This document shows, piece by piece, positions 1-12,200 of a stretch of DNA of 64,000 nt. The notes under the pieces are model-generated. The model was not told the origin of the DNA, did no database searches, and worked only from the letters and a program-made list of their open reading frames with translations. The stretch covers positions 8,868,001-8,932,000 of the forward strand of contig OZ249436.1 of NCBI GenBank assembly GCA_965235115.1, written 5' to 3'. The DNA comes from Laetmonice hystrix (taxonomy: Eukaryota). The position numbers and the translations under genes were made by a program. The stretch's first letter is position 1; each line of letters opens with the position of its first letter.

Positions 1-230
1 GCGTGAACTCCAAGAAGCAGTTCGTAATCGGACACAGGAGCGTGAGAACCTTGGGGTTGACCTGTATGGCATACAACAGGAGCTGGCCCGTCACCAGATG
101 ATGTTGGAGAAAAACCACGACCAGTTCTCCAACCTACAGCAGATCCGTACACATGAAGATAACAACCTTGCTCATACCCAAGATATGTATCGGAAAAAAC
201 AAAGGGAGGTGACTACTGAAAAAAAGAAAG
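1..230 (+). CDS. CCDC40: CCDC40 exon (partial): [37 protein letters not shown]...
   Basis: Open frame from base 2; ends at AAG|GCAAGT (GC donor), phase 1. Confidence 0.85.
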
Positions 231-3200
231 GCAAGTTGTTATTTTAAACATTGGATTTGTGTACAGTCATGAAAATGATAAGACTTTTGGCAGTACTCCG
301 AATGTTCTTCCTCAAGAGTTAATAGTTCATTGCACATCTGTTCGAGATGTAAAATTGTGTATTGTTGTGTTTTTTAACTAGTGTTAAAATGTATATTGTG
401 TTTTCTGTGATTTAGTGCAGGGTGTATGACGTTCTCTTTTATTTTAGGATCGGAACTTCAACAAGAGGTAGAAAATCTGGCCCTCCGCTTGTTCTACATG
501 GAAAATGCCAAAGAAGACGTCAGATCAGATATTTCTGTGATGAGACGTGCTGCAGAAAAGGCAGACACTGAAGTTTCTAAGGCAGAACTTCAAAAACAAA
601 AACAGGTCAGTCATGTCAAGTTCATGCATTTTTTTTTGTGTTGATGAAACTTTTCCAAAACATCTGTAGGTGATATCTGATTATAATAAGTGTTGGTTAC
701 TAAGGTAACATAAACATTATAACTTTTTTCCCATTCCTAATACCTCATGTTGCTATCTATCATCAGGATCTGTTCGTGGATCGTCTAGTTGAACGGGTAG
801 ATAAACTGCGGGAAGAGATCTCATTGAATGAGGCTCAAATGAGTGCTCAGAACCTGGAGACGAAGGGCACAAAGGATGCCCTGTCAGAGGCTCACATGGA
901 GATCGAGGTACAGAACTGAATGAAACTGAAAGCCCTGGACAACAGCAATATTTTTATGATTTCTTTAACTCGTACCCATTATTATATCTAGAGGTTTAAA
1001 TTTGGGTGTAATCAACTTAGGTGTAATTGAAAGTTGGGTTCAGTCTTATTAGTGTAGGCTTGCCAAACGAAACAACAGGTGGCACTGCAGCTGCACTTGG
1101 CAGTGTAACATACTTCATGGTTTGTTTCTGAAAACAGGCCATCGGTCTGGAGAAGAAACAGTTGTTCCAGCAGTGGAACAGTAGTCTCATTGGAATGCGA
1201 CGCCGTGATGAGGCTCATTCAGCTATGCAGGAGGCATTAAGGTACGTACTTAAGCTCATGGTGTACGTATTTCTGCCATTTTAAAGTTTGTCGATTGTTT
1301 ATCATTGGTAACACAAAGTTTGCATCTAGAAATTTGGTGTTTTATGTCTGAATGATTTTCAGTGAGCAGCAGCAGCGAATCATGTCACTGGAAACTGAGA
1401 TAGAAGGATACAAAAAGTCAATCTATAAGGAACAAGAGCAGAATGAAAAGTTGACAATGATTCATAATAAAACAGAAGGGGACATCATCACCGTTAAAAA
1501 ACTCCTCCAGATCTGTCAAGACCGACATGATGCCTTGAAGAATGAGTACGCTACATGCTCTAGAATGTTGCATGAAACGGAACAGGCTCTCAATAGGGCT
1601 ACCACGGTATGCATTCTGTAAAATAGTTCTGAATTATTCATTATTTCAACAACACAGTTTTTCTGTCAAGTTAATTGGTCTTTATATAGGAATTTATTAT
1701 TAATTTCAGTGTTTTAGTGGAACAGATGTATGTGTATTAAATTATTCTCTGCTTTAGACATAATCTAGAATTAGAATCTTCTTACGACACCTGTGTGTTA
1801 TGATTTTTAGGACAAGACATTGAGGATGAATGAGCTGAATACACTTCGCAAACAAATAGAGCGTGAGTACCAGGAGAAGCTACGGTTGGAGGATGAGATC
1901 CTTGAACAGTTACGGTCACAATTGACAATGGATAAGGCAGCTCAGTACACAGACAAACTGGCACATCGGATGAGGGATCAATCCAGAACACTGGTAGGTA
2001 TCCGAGACAGAGGAAATACCAGCTGTTCTCTTCCTTAGATAGACACACGGTATCCTTGAAAATCAAAGCAAATCTTGTATGTAATTTATTTCATTTATAT
2101 AAGACTAAGGATTAGCACAGTCAAAAAACCGTATTGAGTAGTTATACTACAAATGTCATGATTACTGTCTAAAATTTATAACAACCACAAAATGTTGTGT
2201 ATTCTTCCAGGATGCTCAAGTAGCTGAGGTTGAGAATGTGCTGTCCAAGGACACACTTGAGATCTCCAACACACGAATGCGAACTGAGCGTCTTCAGGGT
2301 ATCCTAGCTGAACTCGATGAAGACATTCGTCAGAAGAATGACATCATAACTCGCAGTGAGAATGAAGTTATCAAACGTAATGCTGTCATTGAGAGGAAGC
2401 AGGGAGTCATCGACCAGTATAACAAGAAACTGGAGCAGCTCATCAGCAGTGCTGGGGTAGGTCATGCCCAAAAAATCTATGTTACCCATTGCATTTCCAT
2501 GCAATTTTGTGATTTACACTTAAAAAAAAGAAACACTAGTTTAGTCTCATAAAAAAAAAAGAGAGACCAAGAAAAACAGAGAGAAAAGAGATTCTTGTAT
2601 GTATGCGTCAGAAAATTACACTGGTTCTCTCTCGAGTTGCTTATGATCCATTTTTATGTTTTGTCTTCTCTTGCTCTGATAGGGTGTTGAGCTGGGTCCC
2701 CTTGAGATCCAGATCAATTCGCTCCAGAAGTCGATTGATGCTGAGCAGGCAGAGATTGGCGAGCTCCAGCAGATGTGGCTGAGAGATCAAAGTGAACTGG
2801 TGCGTCTCACCAAGGAAAAGGACATGCAGGGTCAAGATGTGGAGAACCTCAAAAAACAACTCACCATCTTGTCACAAAAGAAGCTTCGCATTGAAAGTAA
2901 GTTTAAACCTTTTTCTACTGCTTGGTTCCATTTCTTTTCCCAGGTTGTTATGGGATATCCACTTTTTAATTCCATAGCCCCAAAAAAGGTATTCTTTGCA
3001 AAGGTTTGTGAAATGTTTGGGTAAACTTTGATGACATCCGTAAAAAGTTTTGTGTGTTATCATGATACATGTTAAAGTTTCAACCTGAAGAAGAGAGAAA
3101 TTTAATGTATCAGCTGGTGTGATCATGCTATAAAATAGGAAAATATCTTGTATTCTACACTGATGTAGTTCAAGTTTTGATCCCTCATTTCACATTTTGT

Positions 3201-6200
3201 TTTAAAGATGACATCAATCAGCAGTTAACAGAGACGAGTGATATCGAGTGTAGCATCACTCATATGCAGAATGACATGCTCAAGTTGAACACACTCCTTC
3301 ACAAGGAGCGTGGCATGGAGTATAACCTACAGCAGGGAAATATTCTCATGGAAAACGATTTCATCGGAGGACTGAGGGTAAGATTCATCATCCCTGAACA
3401 TTTAAGATGACATGCATACACCATTGTGTGATGCCCGAAGAGAGTGTCTCTTTCTAATTGATAACTAATAACAGAGGATTTAAAGATTGGAAAGATTTTT
3501 TTAAGTGAATCTAATGTTTGTGTTGATGTCTTTGGTTCTAATCACATGATCTATGTAAATAAGAAAAAAACACCATTAAATAAGCAAGTGACATTAATGT
3601 ATGATTGGACAATGATTTTGTCTTCAGGCAGCTGAGCATGAGTCTATCGATATGCAGAATGATTTGGATAGTCTTAAAGAAGAGAAGGAACGTTTACTTA
3701 ATAGCCTTGTAGAAGCCGAGTGAGTACAGTAGCTATCCACGTGCACCTGTTTAGTTATCAGCCTGTGAAGTTAAGTGTAACACAACGCCTAATAGCATCG
3801 TTAACTTGATTCATCAAGCATGTCATGTCAAAAATAAGATAGACTGGATCACACTGAAATATTAAATGTTCAACTTACAGACTTATGTACTGCATTAATA
3901 TTGCATTTAGACGGAGGCATATCTCTACCAAATTGTACAATTGATAACGCTGCTCAAGTAAAGCTAGAGATTAACACTCCTGCTATCGGTTACACCAGGC
4001 GTCAGATCATGCTGTGGGAGAAGAAGACACAGCTGGCCAGAGAAACCCGTGCCGCAGTGGACTCTGAGGCCGGCCAGGGTGAGATATCTGCAATGAAGGC
4101 TGAGATTCATCGTATGCAGGTTCGATACACCCAGCTGATGAAACAGCAGGAACGTATGATCCAGGAGATGGAAAAGGCTGTCTCTAGGTGTGTGTCTCAC
4201 AATTGATATTAGAATCTTGGACACTTGTGATCATTTGAAGAAAAGTTATTATTACATGGCCAGTGAATGGGGGCATTGGGGGAAGGAGGTAAATAGGGAA
4301 AATATCGATGTATTGTATGTGTTGAATTCTTCAGACGGGACACCATTGTGACCAGGGGAGATGCACAAGCTAAGACAAACAAGAAGGTTTTAACAAAGGG
4401 AACTTTCCAGCGGCAGATGGCTGAAACAAAGAAAAAGATTAAAACAACCATTCAGGTATTACAGTACTTTCCTTGTTTACATGATAACTTCATATATATT
4501 TTTTCTGTTTTCGGAAAATCATTGCGCAAGTGGAATCCATGTGGTGTCTTGCAGTTGTAATAGTTCTAAAGTTTGCCACCAGATGCCAGTAGTGCTATAG
4601 TGAAGAAATATACACAATGTGACTAGAAAAAGGCCAATTCTCAAATCAGCAGCCTTAGAACTGGGTTAATGTTTTAAAAAAACAGTGGAGAGAGAGATTA
4701 CACATAGGTTGTCATTATGTATGATGGTGTGTTCAGGAGGCGAACCTGTCGGATGGAGAGATCCGGGAACTACGGGAAGCTCAGCAGGAGCTCAGCCAAC
4801 AGCTCGAGGAGCGCCAGCTCAACATGCAACAACTCCAGTCCACGGCTGACACACTGGATGGAGACATAGACCGCCTTCTGGAAAACAAGCAGAAAGTGAG
4901 CTTTGAACCTTTACTTTTCTCTGTTGATGTAGGTATTAGGTGGAAGTCCTTGTTATAATCAATGAGGGACTTCACACTCCTTGAGACGCATGCGCAACGG
5001 CACATTTCAGGTCATATCCCCGTGGCGGCAGCAGTGTCGCCCGGTCCTCTTGGCTACACATTAGTATGATATACGATAAAATGCTAATCTGTGGCAGGAC
5101 GTGTTTAGACTATTTGTTATGAAAAATAATAACTTGATAGCAGCTTCACCATGTTGTAGAACTGCTAAACGTACCATAATATTTCATAGCAAATGGCACT
5201 ACGGCACCTAGCGATAGATTAGCCTTTCGTCGACCTATCTAACGTCATAATAATGTGGGCCCAAGGGGACCGGGTTGATAGTGCTGCCGCCACGTGGAAA
5301 AGACGGTAACAAAGTCCCTTATTGTTTCAGAACAAAGCAATGAGTTATGTTAAAAGGAAATGTGAGTGTTTGACGGAATTTGATTGACCACTAGAATTTT
5401 CAAAATATTTTTATGGGGGATAGCCTTTGTCCTTAGGAGTACAAAGAAACAAAAAAAATCATATGTCACCGAATTAGATTTTTTTATACAGGCCTCCGTA
5501 AAAAATGGGTCTTTACTATAGGTTTTAATGGGAAGAACTGGATTTTTCAGACATTTTGACTAATAGTTAAAAAACGACCACTGATTTTCTCCTGAAACTC
5601 GGTGACAAGATAAAGTGGATCAGGACTAATAGTATAAAACAAAAAAATTGGGGGTCAGCGAATTAAAAAAAAAGTTACAGCCTGCCAAACAGTCAGTGCC
5701 TTGGTAAAACACGGGTCTTAACTATAGCATTCAATGGAGTAGACAGGTTCTGGCACACAGTTTGGTTCATGGTTTAAAAAATACTCCCGATTTCCACATC
5801 AAACATTGACTGCATAAATAAGCCAAACATTTTTTTGTTAAAGCTCACTACGCGGCACTTTGAATACTCATTTCCCCAGTGGTACCAATGCGACTCACTA
5901 GGTGGCGCTTTGAACACTCACATTTCCCTTTAAAATTATACTGAGCTTTTACATTATAGAAGCCTGAATTAGATACGATGTTTTTTTATTATTTATTTAA
6001 TATTTGTTAAACAATGTTAAGTGGTCAATCATGAGCAGACATCGAGTATTCTGTGCTGCCAGTTTGGCAGTTCATGCCTTGATCCAGTGGGCTATGAATC
6101 AGTCGTTGAATAACGAATGACTTGTCGTATTTTAGAACCTACAAGAGCTGGTGAGCAAACAACAGCGGGCCAAGTACTACCAGCAGGCCAAAGACGGTAA

Positions 6201-6381
6201 ATACACACGGCTTTGTAAGACTGACTCGGCCGTAGACACAGAGTTTGAGAAACAGACCGACCGAATGCAGACCCTTGGAGCCATCGTCGATCGTCTTAAC
6301 CAGGAGTATCCCCATGCAGCCACGGCTATGCGCCGTGTTACACTCTCACTTCAAGCCCATACTGCTACTTCAGAAGCCTAA
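1..6381 (+). CDS. CCDC40: Coiled-coil domain-containing protein 40 (axonemal 96-nm ruler), 5'-truncated by the window; 14 coding exons: <1-230, 448-605, 767-907, 1138-1241, 1363-1606, 1811-1993, 2211-2456, 2683-2896, 3208-3377, 3628-3719, 3999-4187, 4335-4455, 4737-4895, 6136-6381
   Basis: Exons join in frame with phase-compatible splice sites. Peptides match remembered CCDC40 motifs ([82 protein letters not shown]). Stop TAA at 6379-6381. Confidence 0.93.
448..605 (+). CDS. CCDC40: CCDC40 exon [28 protein letters not shown]...
   Basis: ttttag| acceptor, CAG|gtcag donor; inside ORF 426..644. Confidence 0.9.
767..907 (+). CDS. CCDC40: CCDC40 exon [24 protein letters not shown]...
   Basis: catcag| acceptor, GAG|gtacag donor; 47 codons. 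Confidence 0.9.
1138..1241 (+). CDS. CCDC40: CCDC40 exon [27 protein letters not shown]...
   Basis: aacag| acceptor, AG|gtacgt donor, phase 2. Confidence 0.9.
1363..1606 (+). CDS. CCDC40: CCDC40 exon [23 protein letters not shown]...
   Basis: ttttcag| acceptor, ACG|gtatgc donor; inside ORF 1352..1621. Confidence 0.9.
1811..1993 (+). CDS. CCDC40: CCDC40 exon [19 protein letters not shown]...
   Basis: tttttag| acceptor, CTG|gtaggt donor; 61 codons. Confidence 0.9.
2211..2456 (+). CDS. CCDC40: CCDC40 exon [22 protein letters not shown]...
   Basis: ttccag| acceptor, GGG|gtaggt donor; 82 codons. Confidence 0.9.
2683..2896 (+). CDS. CCDC40: CCDC40 exon [19 protein letters not shown]...QKKLRIE
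   Basis: gatag| acceptor, A|gtaagt donor, phase 1. Confidence 0.9.
3208..3377 (+). CDS. CCDC40: CCDC40 exon [27 protein letters not shown]...
   Basis: ttaaag| acceptor, AGG|gtaaga donor. Confidence 0.88.
3628..3719 (+). CDS. CCDC40: CCDC40 exon [30 protein letters not shown]
   Basis: cttcag| acceptor, GA|gtgagt donor, phase 2. Confidence 0.9.
3999..4187 (+). CDS. CCDC40: CCDC40 exon [40 protein letters not shown]...
   Basis: accag| acceptor, AG|gtgtgt donor; strongly conserved CCDC40 segment. Confidence 0.92.
4335..4455 (+). CDS. CCDC40: CCDC40 exon [27 protein letters not shown]...
   Basis: cttcag| acceptor, CAG|gtatta donor. Confidence 0.9.
4737..4895 (+). CDS. CCDC40: CCDC40 exon [27 protein letters not shown]...
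   Basis: gttcag| acceptor, AAA|gtgagc donor; 53 codons. Confidence 0.9.
4961..5323. mobile_element. Decayed palindromic MITE in the last CCDC40 intron
   Basis: Ends AATGAGGGACTT / AAGTCCCTTATT. Internal arms cgtggcggcagca..cccggtcctcttgg and ccaaggggaccggg..tgctgccgccacg are imperfect inverted repeats. Confidence 0.6.
5354..5929 (-). mobile_element. TTAA-flanked non-autonomous DNA transposon (Kolobok-like), short copy
   Basis: TTAA at 5350-5353 and 5930-5933; TIR A(A/G)GGAAATGTGAGTGTT. Reverse complement is near-identical to both ends of the 20339-21529 element. Confidence 0.8.
6136..6381 (+). CDS. CCDC40: CCDC40 last coding exon [23 protein letters not shown]...SEA*
   Basis: ttttag| acceptor; stop TAA; matches the CCDC40 C-terminus. 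Confidence 0.9.
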   Translation, partial: NLQELVSKQQRAKYYQQAKDGKYTRLCKTDSAVDTEFEKQTDRMQTLGAIVDRLNQEYPHAATAMRRVTLSLQAHTATSEA

Positions 6382-7402
6382 CTTTGTAAGGTGCATAAAA
6401 AGGGACCATACTAAAAACAAGACTAGGCTACGTCTGGATATTCTGGTTTTAGAAAAACTGTACCCATTTGTAGGCTTCAATTTGTTTTTGGCTATAGCTC
6501 TGTATTGCATGAATTATGAATATTTAATGAAGGTTATCAGAAAATATGGTCTTTAAAAAAATACATACATGTGTATTTATTTTTCAGGAACTCATTTAGA
6601 ACATAACTTGTAAGGCTTTGTGGTATGTTCCCTGCACCATGTTGGAAACATGTAGATCTAGACTTTGCCAATATTCCAACAAATTTATTGTGACAGTTAT
6701 TCACAGATTATAATCTACTAGAAATGTGAGGAAGTATATTGTAACTTGTAAGGTGCACCATTATCATTTAGTGATGGGCTATTGTTCATTAGCTTAGAGT
6801 AACTTTTACAAAATGGCAGTTCTTTAACTGAATACATAATTTATTTTAAGCATACAATTTTTTTTAACGAAATAGAAATTTATATAATTTATGTTCTTAC
6901 ACTGGCAGATCACTGGTGGAATGTACAGAAGTCCCCCCCCCCCCCCCTACTTTTCTCAAACTTAAAGTGCTAGCAAAACAGGTAATGCAACTCGGTGAGG
7001 TTCTTGCTTCAATGCAAACTTTGATAAATGTTTCTCACCTAGTACTGCATCTGACAAAATGTAACTTGCACAGACACAGGACAATTTTTTTTCACTGATG
7101 AGAACACCGGATTTGTAAGCATAAGTTACAATGTGTTTAATGATGGCAACAATGTATTTATAAAGCGTAACAAAGTTACATGACAGAATACAGGCTAAAA
7201 CAATGTATGCACGTTTGGACACAATGTATAAATTTGAAGTAGCTACAAATCGTATTGTGTTTGTTAAAACTTTGCCTTATCATGAATCGATGCGCCGACA
7301 CTTGACGTTAGTGGGCGGTCTCCGTCATATCCTGATCCAGCCGGTCATTCTTCAAGTCGGCATTTGGTGGACTTTGGAACCTTTGATAGTGATCATTACG
7401 AC

Positions 7403-7712
7403 GCAGGGGCGGATTGGGTGGGGGGGGGGGGGCTTTGGGGGCTTAAGCTCCCTCCCCCCAAGCTGACTCCAGGGTTATCATTTTGCAGTGTGTCTACGGC
7501 GCATCTAAGAGGTTTTATACATACATCGAGCGCCCTCCCCCTTTGAAAAATACTGAATGTAGCGCCCCCCCCCCCCCCCCGAAGTCCTGTTATTCTGGAA
7601 ATAAGTTCCCAAAGAGCCCAAAAGTTTGTCTTCTTTTCCAGGGTTTCCTGAATTATCCTTGTTGGGTTTCTCCCTCGTTTGGCCAGCTTTACCTCTTGGA
7701 TCGCCCCGCCCA
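7403..7712. repeat. Interspersed short repeat with GGGGCGGAT(C/T)..GATC(C)GCC ends and poly-G/poly-C tracts; related pieces at about 13670-13822, 15478-15527 and 22721
   Basis: The same terminal motif pair and homopolymer tracts recur at several loci. Confidence 0.45.
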
Positions 7713-8652
7713 CCTTTTCAATGGTAGGCCGCACCTGCCGACAGCAGGTCAGGCTGTTTAGAAAGGCAAACCACGTGTTGTATGTTGTCATAGGTTATCG
7801 GAACGACCTGTCTGAACTATCTGAAGTGATCACACTCTGTGCCGGGCCGGCTGATTTTCCGACTCCTCGAAATCTGCTGAGTGCTCACCTCCCACAATGA
7901 CCGGTGTCAGATGCAATCTGGTCCCCCATGCAAAATGGTCCTAGCAGACATTTTTGTACTGTGCAAAATCATTAAATGGTCCCCCACCGTGCAATTTGGT
8001 CCCCTTATAAGTAACCAGGGTCGCGCTATCTATGAATGTATTAGGATCAATCAGGGGCTTTATAAATATAAAAGTTTTAGTGACGTTTAATTAATGGGGT
8101 TTTGGGGAGGTGTTGTTTTTTTTTATGGTTTTTCGTTTTGTTTTTTTGTTTGCCTAGCGGAGTAGTGTACATAAGTAAAGGAAGAACAGAAGAAAGGGCT
8201 GAACATAAGAAAGCCAGTGGTTATTTTTCAATATTCGATCTCTTTCAACTCCCTCACATGCATGGGCTAACTTCCTAAGCTACGCAGTGGAATATTTAGA
8301 TTGACCTATTTCGCCTATTGTGAAGTAAAAGATTTGTGCAGATCAATTTTGCTAGATTATCTAGAGTAAACTTCTCCCAATAATACCAATCCCTTGATAT
8401 CAACCATACGTGTATGCTAAGAACAGTTTGCTTACATGTGGGCCTATATAATTATAACATGATAAACATCACAAGTAGGCCAACTCGGGCGTAAGCGAAT
8501 GTTTACCAAAGATATCATTCTTATTGATCAAACCTATCCCATTTTGTGTTGCGTCTGTATAGAGACGGAAAGGAAATCGATCAATCTATGTTTGGTCCTA
8601 TACACGTGTAAGTCAATAAAACATATCATCAAGGCGGAGATCTAGCCTTTCA

Positions 8653-8981
8653 CAGGGTTCCCACGGTCATGAAAAGTCATGAAAAGTCATAGAAAATGAA
8701 ATTTGGTTTTCCAGGCATGGAAAAGTCATGGAAAATAGAAAAACGAGGGAGAGTCATGGGAAAGTCATGGAATTTGAGATTTCTTCTGAATCACATTTCA
8801 GTTTCTGCACATTGGGTCTGAATTGTAAAGTTTCAGGACGTACTACATAGGGGACAATTCTCGGATTTTAGTCTATTTTGTTAATTTCATCTGGAATTGA
8901 TCATGAAATTTGGGAGTTTTGGTCTGGAAAAGTCATGGAGAAGTCATGAAATTTCAATATAGCGAACCTGTGGGAACCCTG
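8653..8981. mobile_element. MITE with 12-bp TIR CAGGGTTCCCAC and internal AAAGTCATGG subrepeats
   Basis: CAGGGTTCCCAC at 8653, GTGGGAACCCTG ending at 8981; TTTCA directly flanks both ends (apparent 5-bp TSD). Confidence 0.8.
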
Positions 8982-9027
8982 TTTCAGCAAGATTGGGAGA
9001 ATCCAGGACTCATAAATTTTTTTAATT

Positions 9028-9037
9028 TTTATTTATT
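9028..9037 (-). terminator. Candidate polyadenylation signals (two overlapping AATAAA) for TYMP
   Basis: TTTATTTATT on the + strand, about 30-40 nt past the TYMP stop. Confidence 0.35.
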
Positions 9038-9068
9038 ACTCAAATTACTACGGATTATGACGTAATAA

Positions 9069-9205
9069 CTATTGGAGCAGGCCGGTAATCCGTTGGAGAC
9101 GCTCGGCTGGGGGTGGACTAGTGGAGATGATGACAGCAGACCGTACCATGTCCAGCTGACCGGGAGTTAACAGAGTATCGTGGTGTACCTTGGCCCAGAT
9201 ATCTC
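9069..9205 (-). CDS. TYMP: TYMP exon 8 ([26 protein letters not shown]...LLQ*)
   Basis: ctgtag| acceptor; TAG stop at 9071-9069; WxxVH matches the TP C-terminus. Confidence 0.85.
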
Positions 9206-12200
9206 CTACAGGTGCCAAATGGACGTGGGAGGTAGAAATATTTTATAGCGGAGAGAAAAATAAATTAAAACATGATAGGATAATAGCCGCATGATATTTG
9301 ATTTAGTAAGCCTATAGTAACTCAGTCATATCATATAATAGGTAGTTTTTAGATGCAATCTTGCTCAATATAGATCTATAGCTTTATTACAGGGCAGAGT
9401 CCACTGTGGTGACTCTCTAATATAGGTACTTCTTCGCCATAATATACATGTAACATGTAGCCTACATATATTAGCGACCTAAATACTATATAACAGAACT
9501 AGTTTGTCCACACAACCAGAAGTGTTATTGCATGCATTGATCATCGAATCGTTGAAACCCACCTTTATTAACGAAGTCGCCAACTTGAGCCATAAGTTCT
9601 ACACCCACCGCCAAATTGATGCTATCCCCGGGCTTAGTGCGCCCTGCACCAAGCTGGTGGGCTACCGTGCCGCACGCCAGGGCATCGATCGCGTGAATAT
9701 ACCCTATAATATATATGGTAAGAGAAAAAGAATGGAACATGGAAATATCATGTATGCTTTTCAACGTAGTTATCACTGTGAAAGGGGCGGGATCCAGTGT
9801 CGTTGTAACGGGTAAGAAGAACCATCATGCGTGGTACGGTAATTTTGCCGTTTTCTTCGAAAGATTTCAACCTAAGTAGTATACAAACATGGCGGTTTTA
9901 CTGCAGGCTTCTCTCGGTATGAAATCAAAGCAAAGCCATCGTTGGAGAAGATGATGGGATACAACTGGGCTATCTATTCAACTCATTCAAACATGTGTGC
10001 CCCATACAGATGACACTTCTGCTATGTTCATATAACGTTCCCTTTCCAGAAGAAGAGTAGGAGTGCCTACTGATCGCTGCTGGCCTGTCAATGGATTATT
10101 GCCTCGGCTGAACGCTTCAGGATCAAGATTCCGCTCCACCGCTAAGCCCCAGTAAAATGGCCTCCTCCTTAACAATGGAGGGTGTTATGGACAATGAACA
10201 GTCGGAACATTATAAGATCCTGGTTGACGCCGTGCACGGGGCCGACCCTGCCGTGGTGGAGCAGCACGCTGTGCTTTGTGTCGAGCCAGTGTTCATGTAC
10301 CGTGCCATCAGCGAGGGACGCAGCGATGTCGTCTCAGCGCTGCTCAACCACGGCGCCAAGAACGTGAACGCTTCCATCACACCTGGCATCCGTACGACAC
10401 CACTACACCTGGCGGCACTGGGAGGACATTGTGACATCGTCAAGGACTTGGTGTCACACCACGCTGACGTTAACCGGCTTAACGATCTCAATCAAACAGC
10501 GCTGCACGTCGTTTGCTCGGAGGGTCATTTAGACATCGTCAAAGTGTTACTGAAGCAGGGCGTTGATGTCAATATAACAGACTACAGGAACGAAACTGCA
10601 TTGGTTAAGGCAGCCCGTGAGGGCCACAGACATGTGATTGAACTTTTTCTGCAGCGTCTCCCGGCATCCCACACGGTTTCATTTAAATCTGTTCTAAATG
10701 TAATAACAAGCGGCAGGCATTCCCCAGTTAAAATGCTTTTGCAACGTTTTTCTGGCAGTAGATTTGAAAGTGAGAGTTCACTCGTTGCAGGGTCATCTCC
10801 CACACGAAGAAGGATTTTGTGTCGTGAGTTGGGGTCATGTTGGTCTGGTGTGCTGCACGCGGCGGCCATTCGTGGTCATAAACTTGTGGTGAAGACGCTA
10901 CTGGAGCACGGGGCCAATGTGAACGCTGTGGACAATACTGGGGTGACGGCGATCGGGAGCGCGGCAGGCTACGGTCGTAAGGGCGTAGTATCGCTGCTGC
11001 TCGCCTGGGGGGCGGACGCCAGGGGGCAGGACGGGGAGGGTGAGACGCCCTTGCTGAAGGCGGCCTGGGGCGGCCATGCTGACATCGTCCGTATGCTGGT
11101 CCAGCAAGGCATGGGCGTCAGCGACACTGACAAAGACGGTATGTCGCCCCTGCACTTCGCCGCCAGAAAAGGTCACTTGGACACAGTGCGATGTTTGATA
11201 GACCTTGGAGCCGACGTTCACGCCATGACACGGGGAGGGATGGCATACTGCATGGATTACCCGGTCCTATCGGGAGCCACGCCACTCCACATGGCCGCCT
11301 GGAGGGGCCATGTGCGCGTCATGGAAGCCATCATCAGAAAGGGCGCCGATGTGGACGCATTTACTTTCATGGGACGGACGGCCCTTCATATTGCTACGGA
11401 TACGGCACTCTACTCGGGCGAGAAGAGGAAAATTAAATCCACAGCACAACCAAATACGGTGAGCATTTCTACTCCTATAGTAGGCCTAGGCCTATAACTA
11501 GTCTTCTACACTCAATGGAAGGAATAGGCCTACTTATAGAGTTGGAAGTTTTTGTCGCTTTCAATATTATGAATAATAATGTTCTCAAACATGAATGTCT
11601 ATATAGCATACGTCCCTGCTAAAGCCCCTATATAATATTATGTCCTTGAATCCAACACTGTCGTGAGAAATTAAATAGATCACTTACTAACCTATATACA
11701 TCTTTCACAAATGACGTAATGTATATTAGTTTAACATTGCAGTCATTGCAGTCATTGGAATCATTGCAGTTTGAAAAAAAGTGTTTCCACTTCTGATATA
11801 CCTGTTTACTTCACACATCTTTAGTGCATGCATGCAGTTAAAGGGAGGGAAAACTTCCACGGGAAATAAGGTTTCGTAGACCAAATGAAACACCAGCATT
11901 TACCTCAGGGCAATAAATGCCACAATTACGTTGTCTGAATAAAGTAATTAACGTGTAACCGCCCGATGTGTGACGCCGCTGGTTCTGCTTGTGTGTTCAA
12001 CACCTCGGACGTTTACAAACGTTGGTACTCCAAACATCGTGTCTGTGAGCAGAGTAACACGTAATGTTACGCAATATGCCGTGGTGTGCAACATTCGGCT
12101 GTGATGAACACACAAGAAGGTCAAGGTAAGAACCAGCGGCATCACATATCGGGCGGTTACACGTTAATTACTTCATTCAGACAACGTAATTGTGGCATTT

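Noticed and set aside
7270..7900. Possible extra coding exons between CCDC40 and TYMP
   Set aside because: Both genes already have stop codons, and the frames here are short with no recognisable homology.
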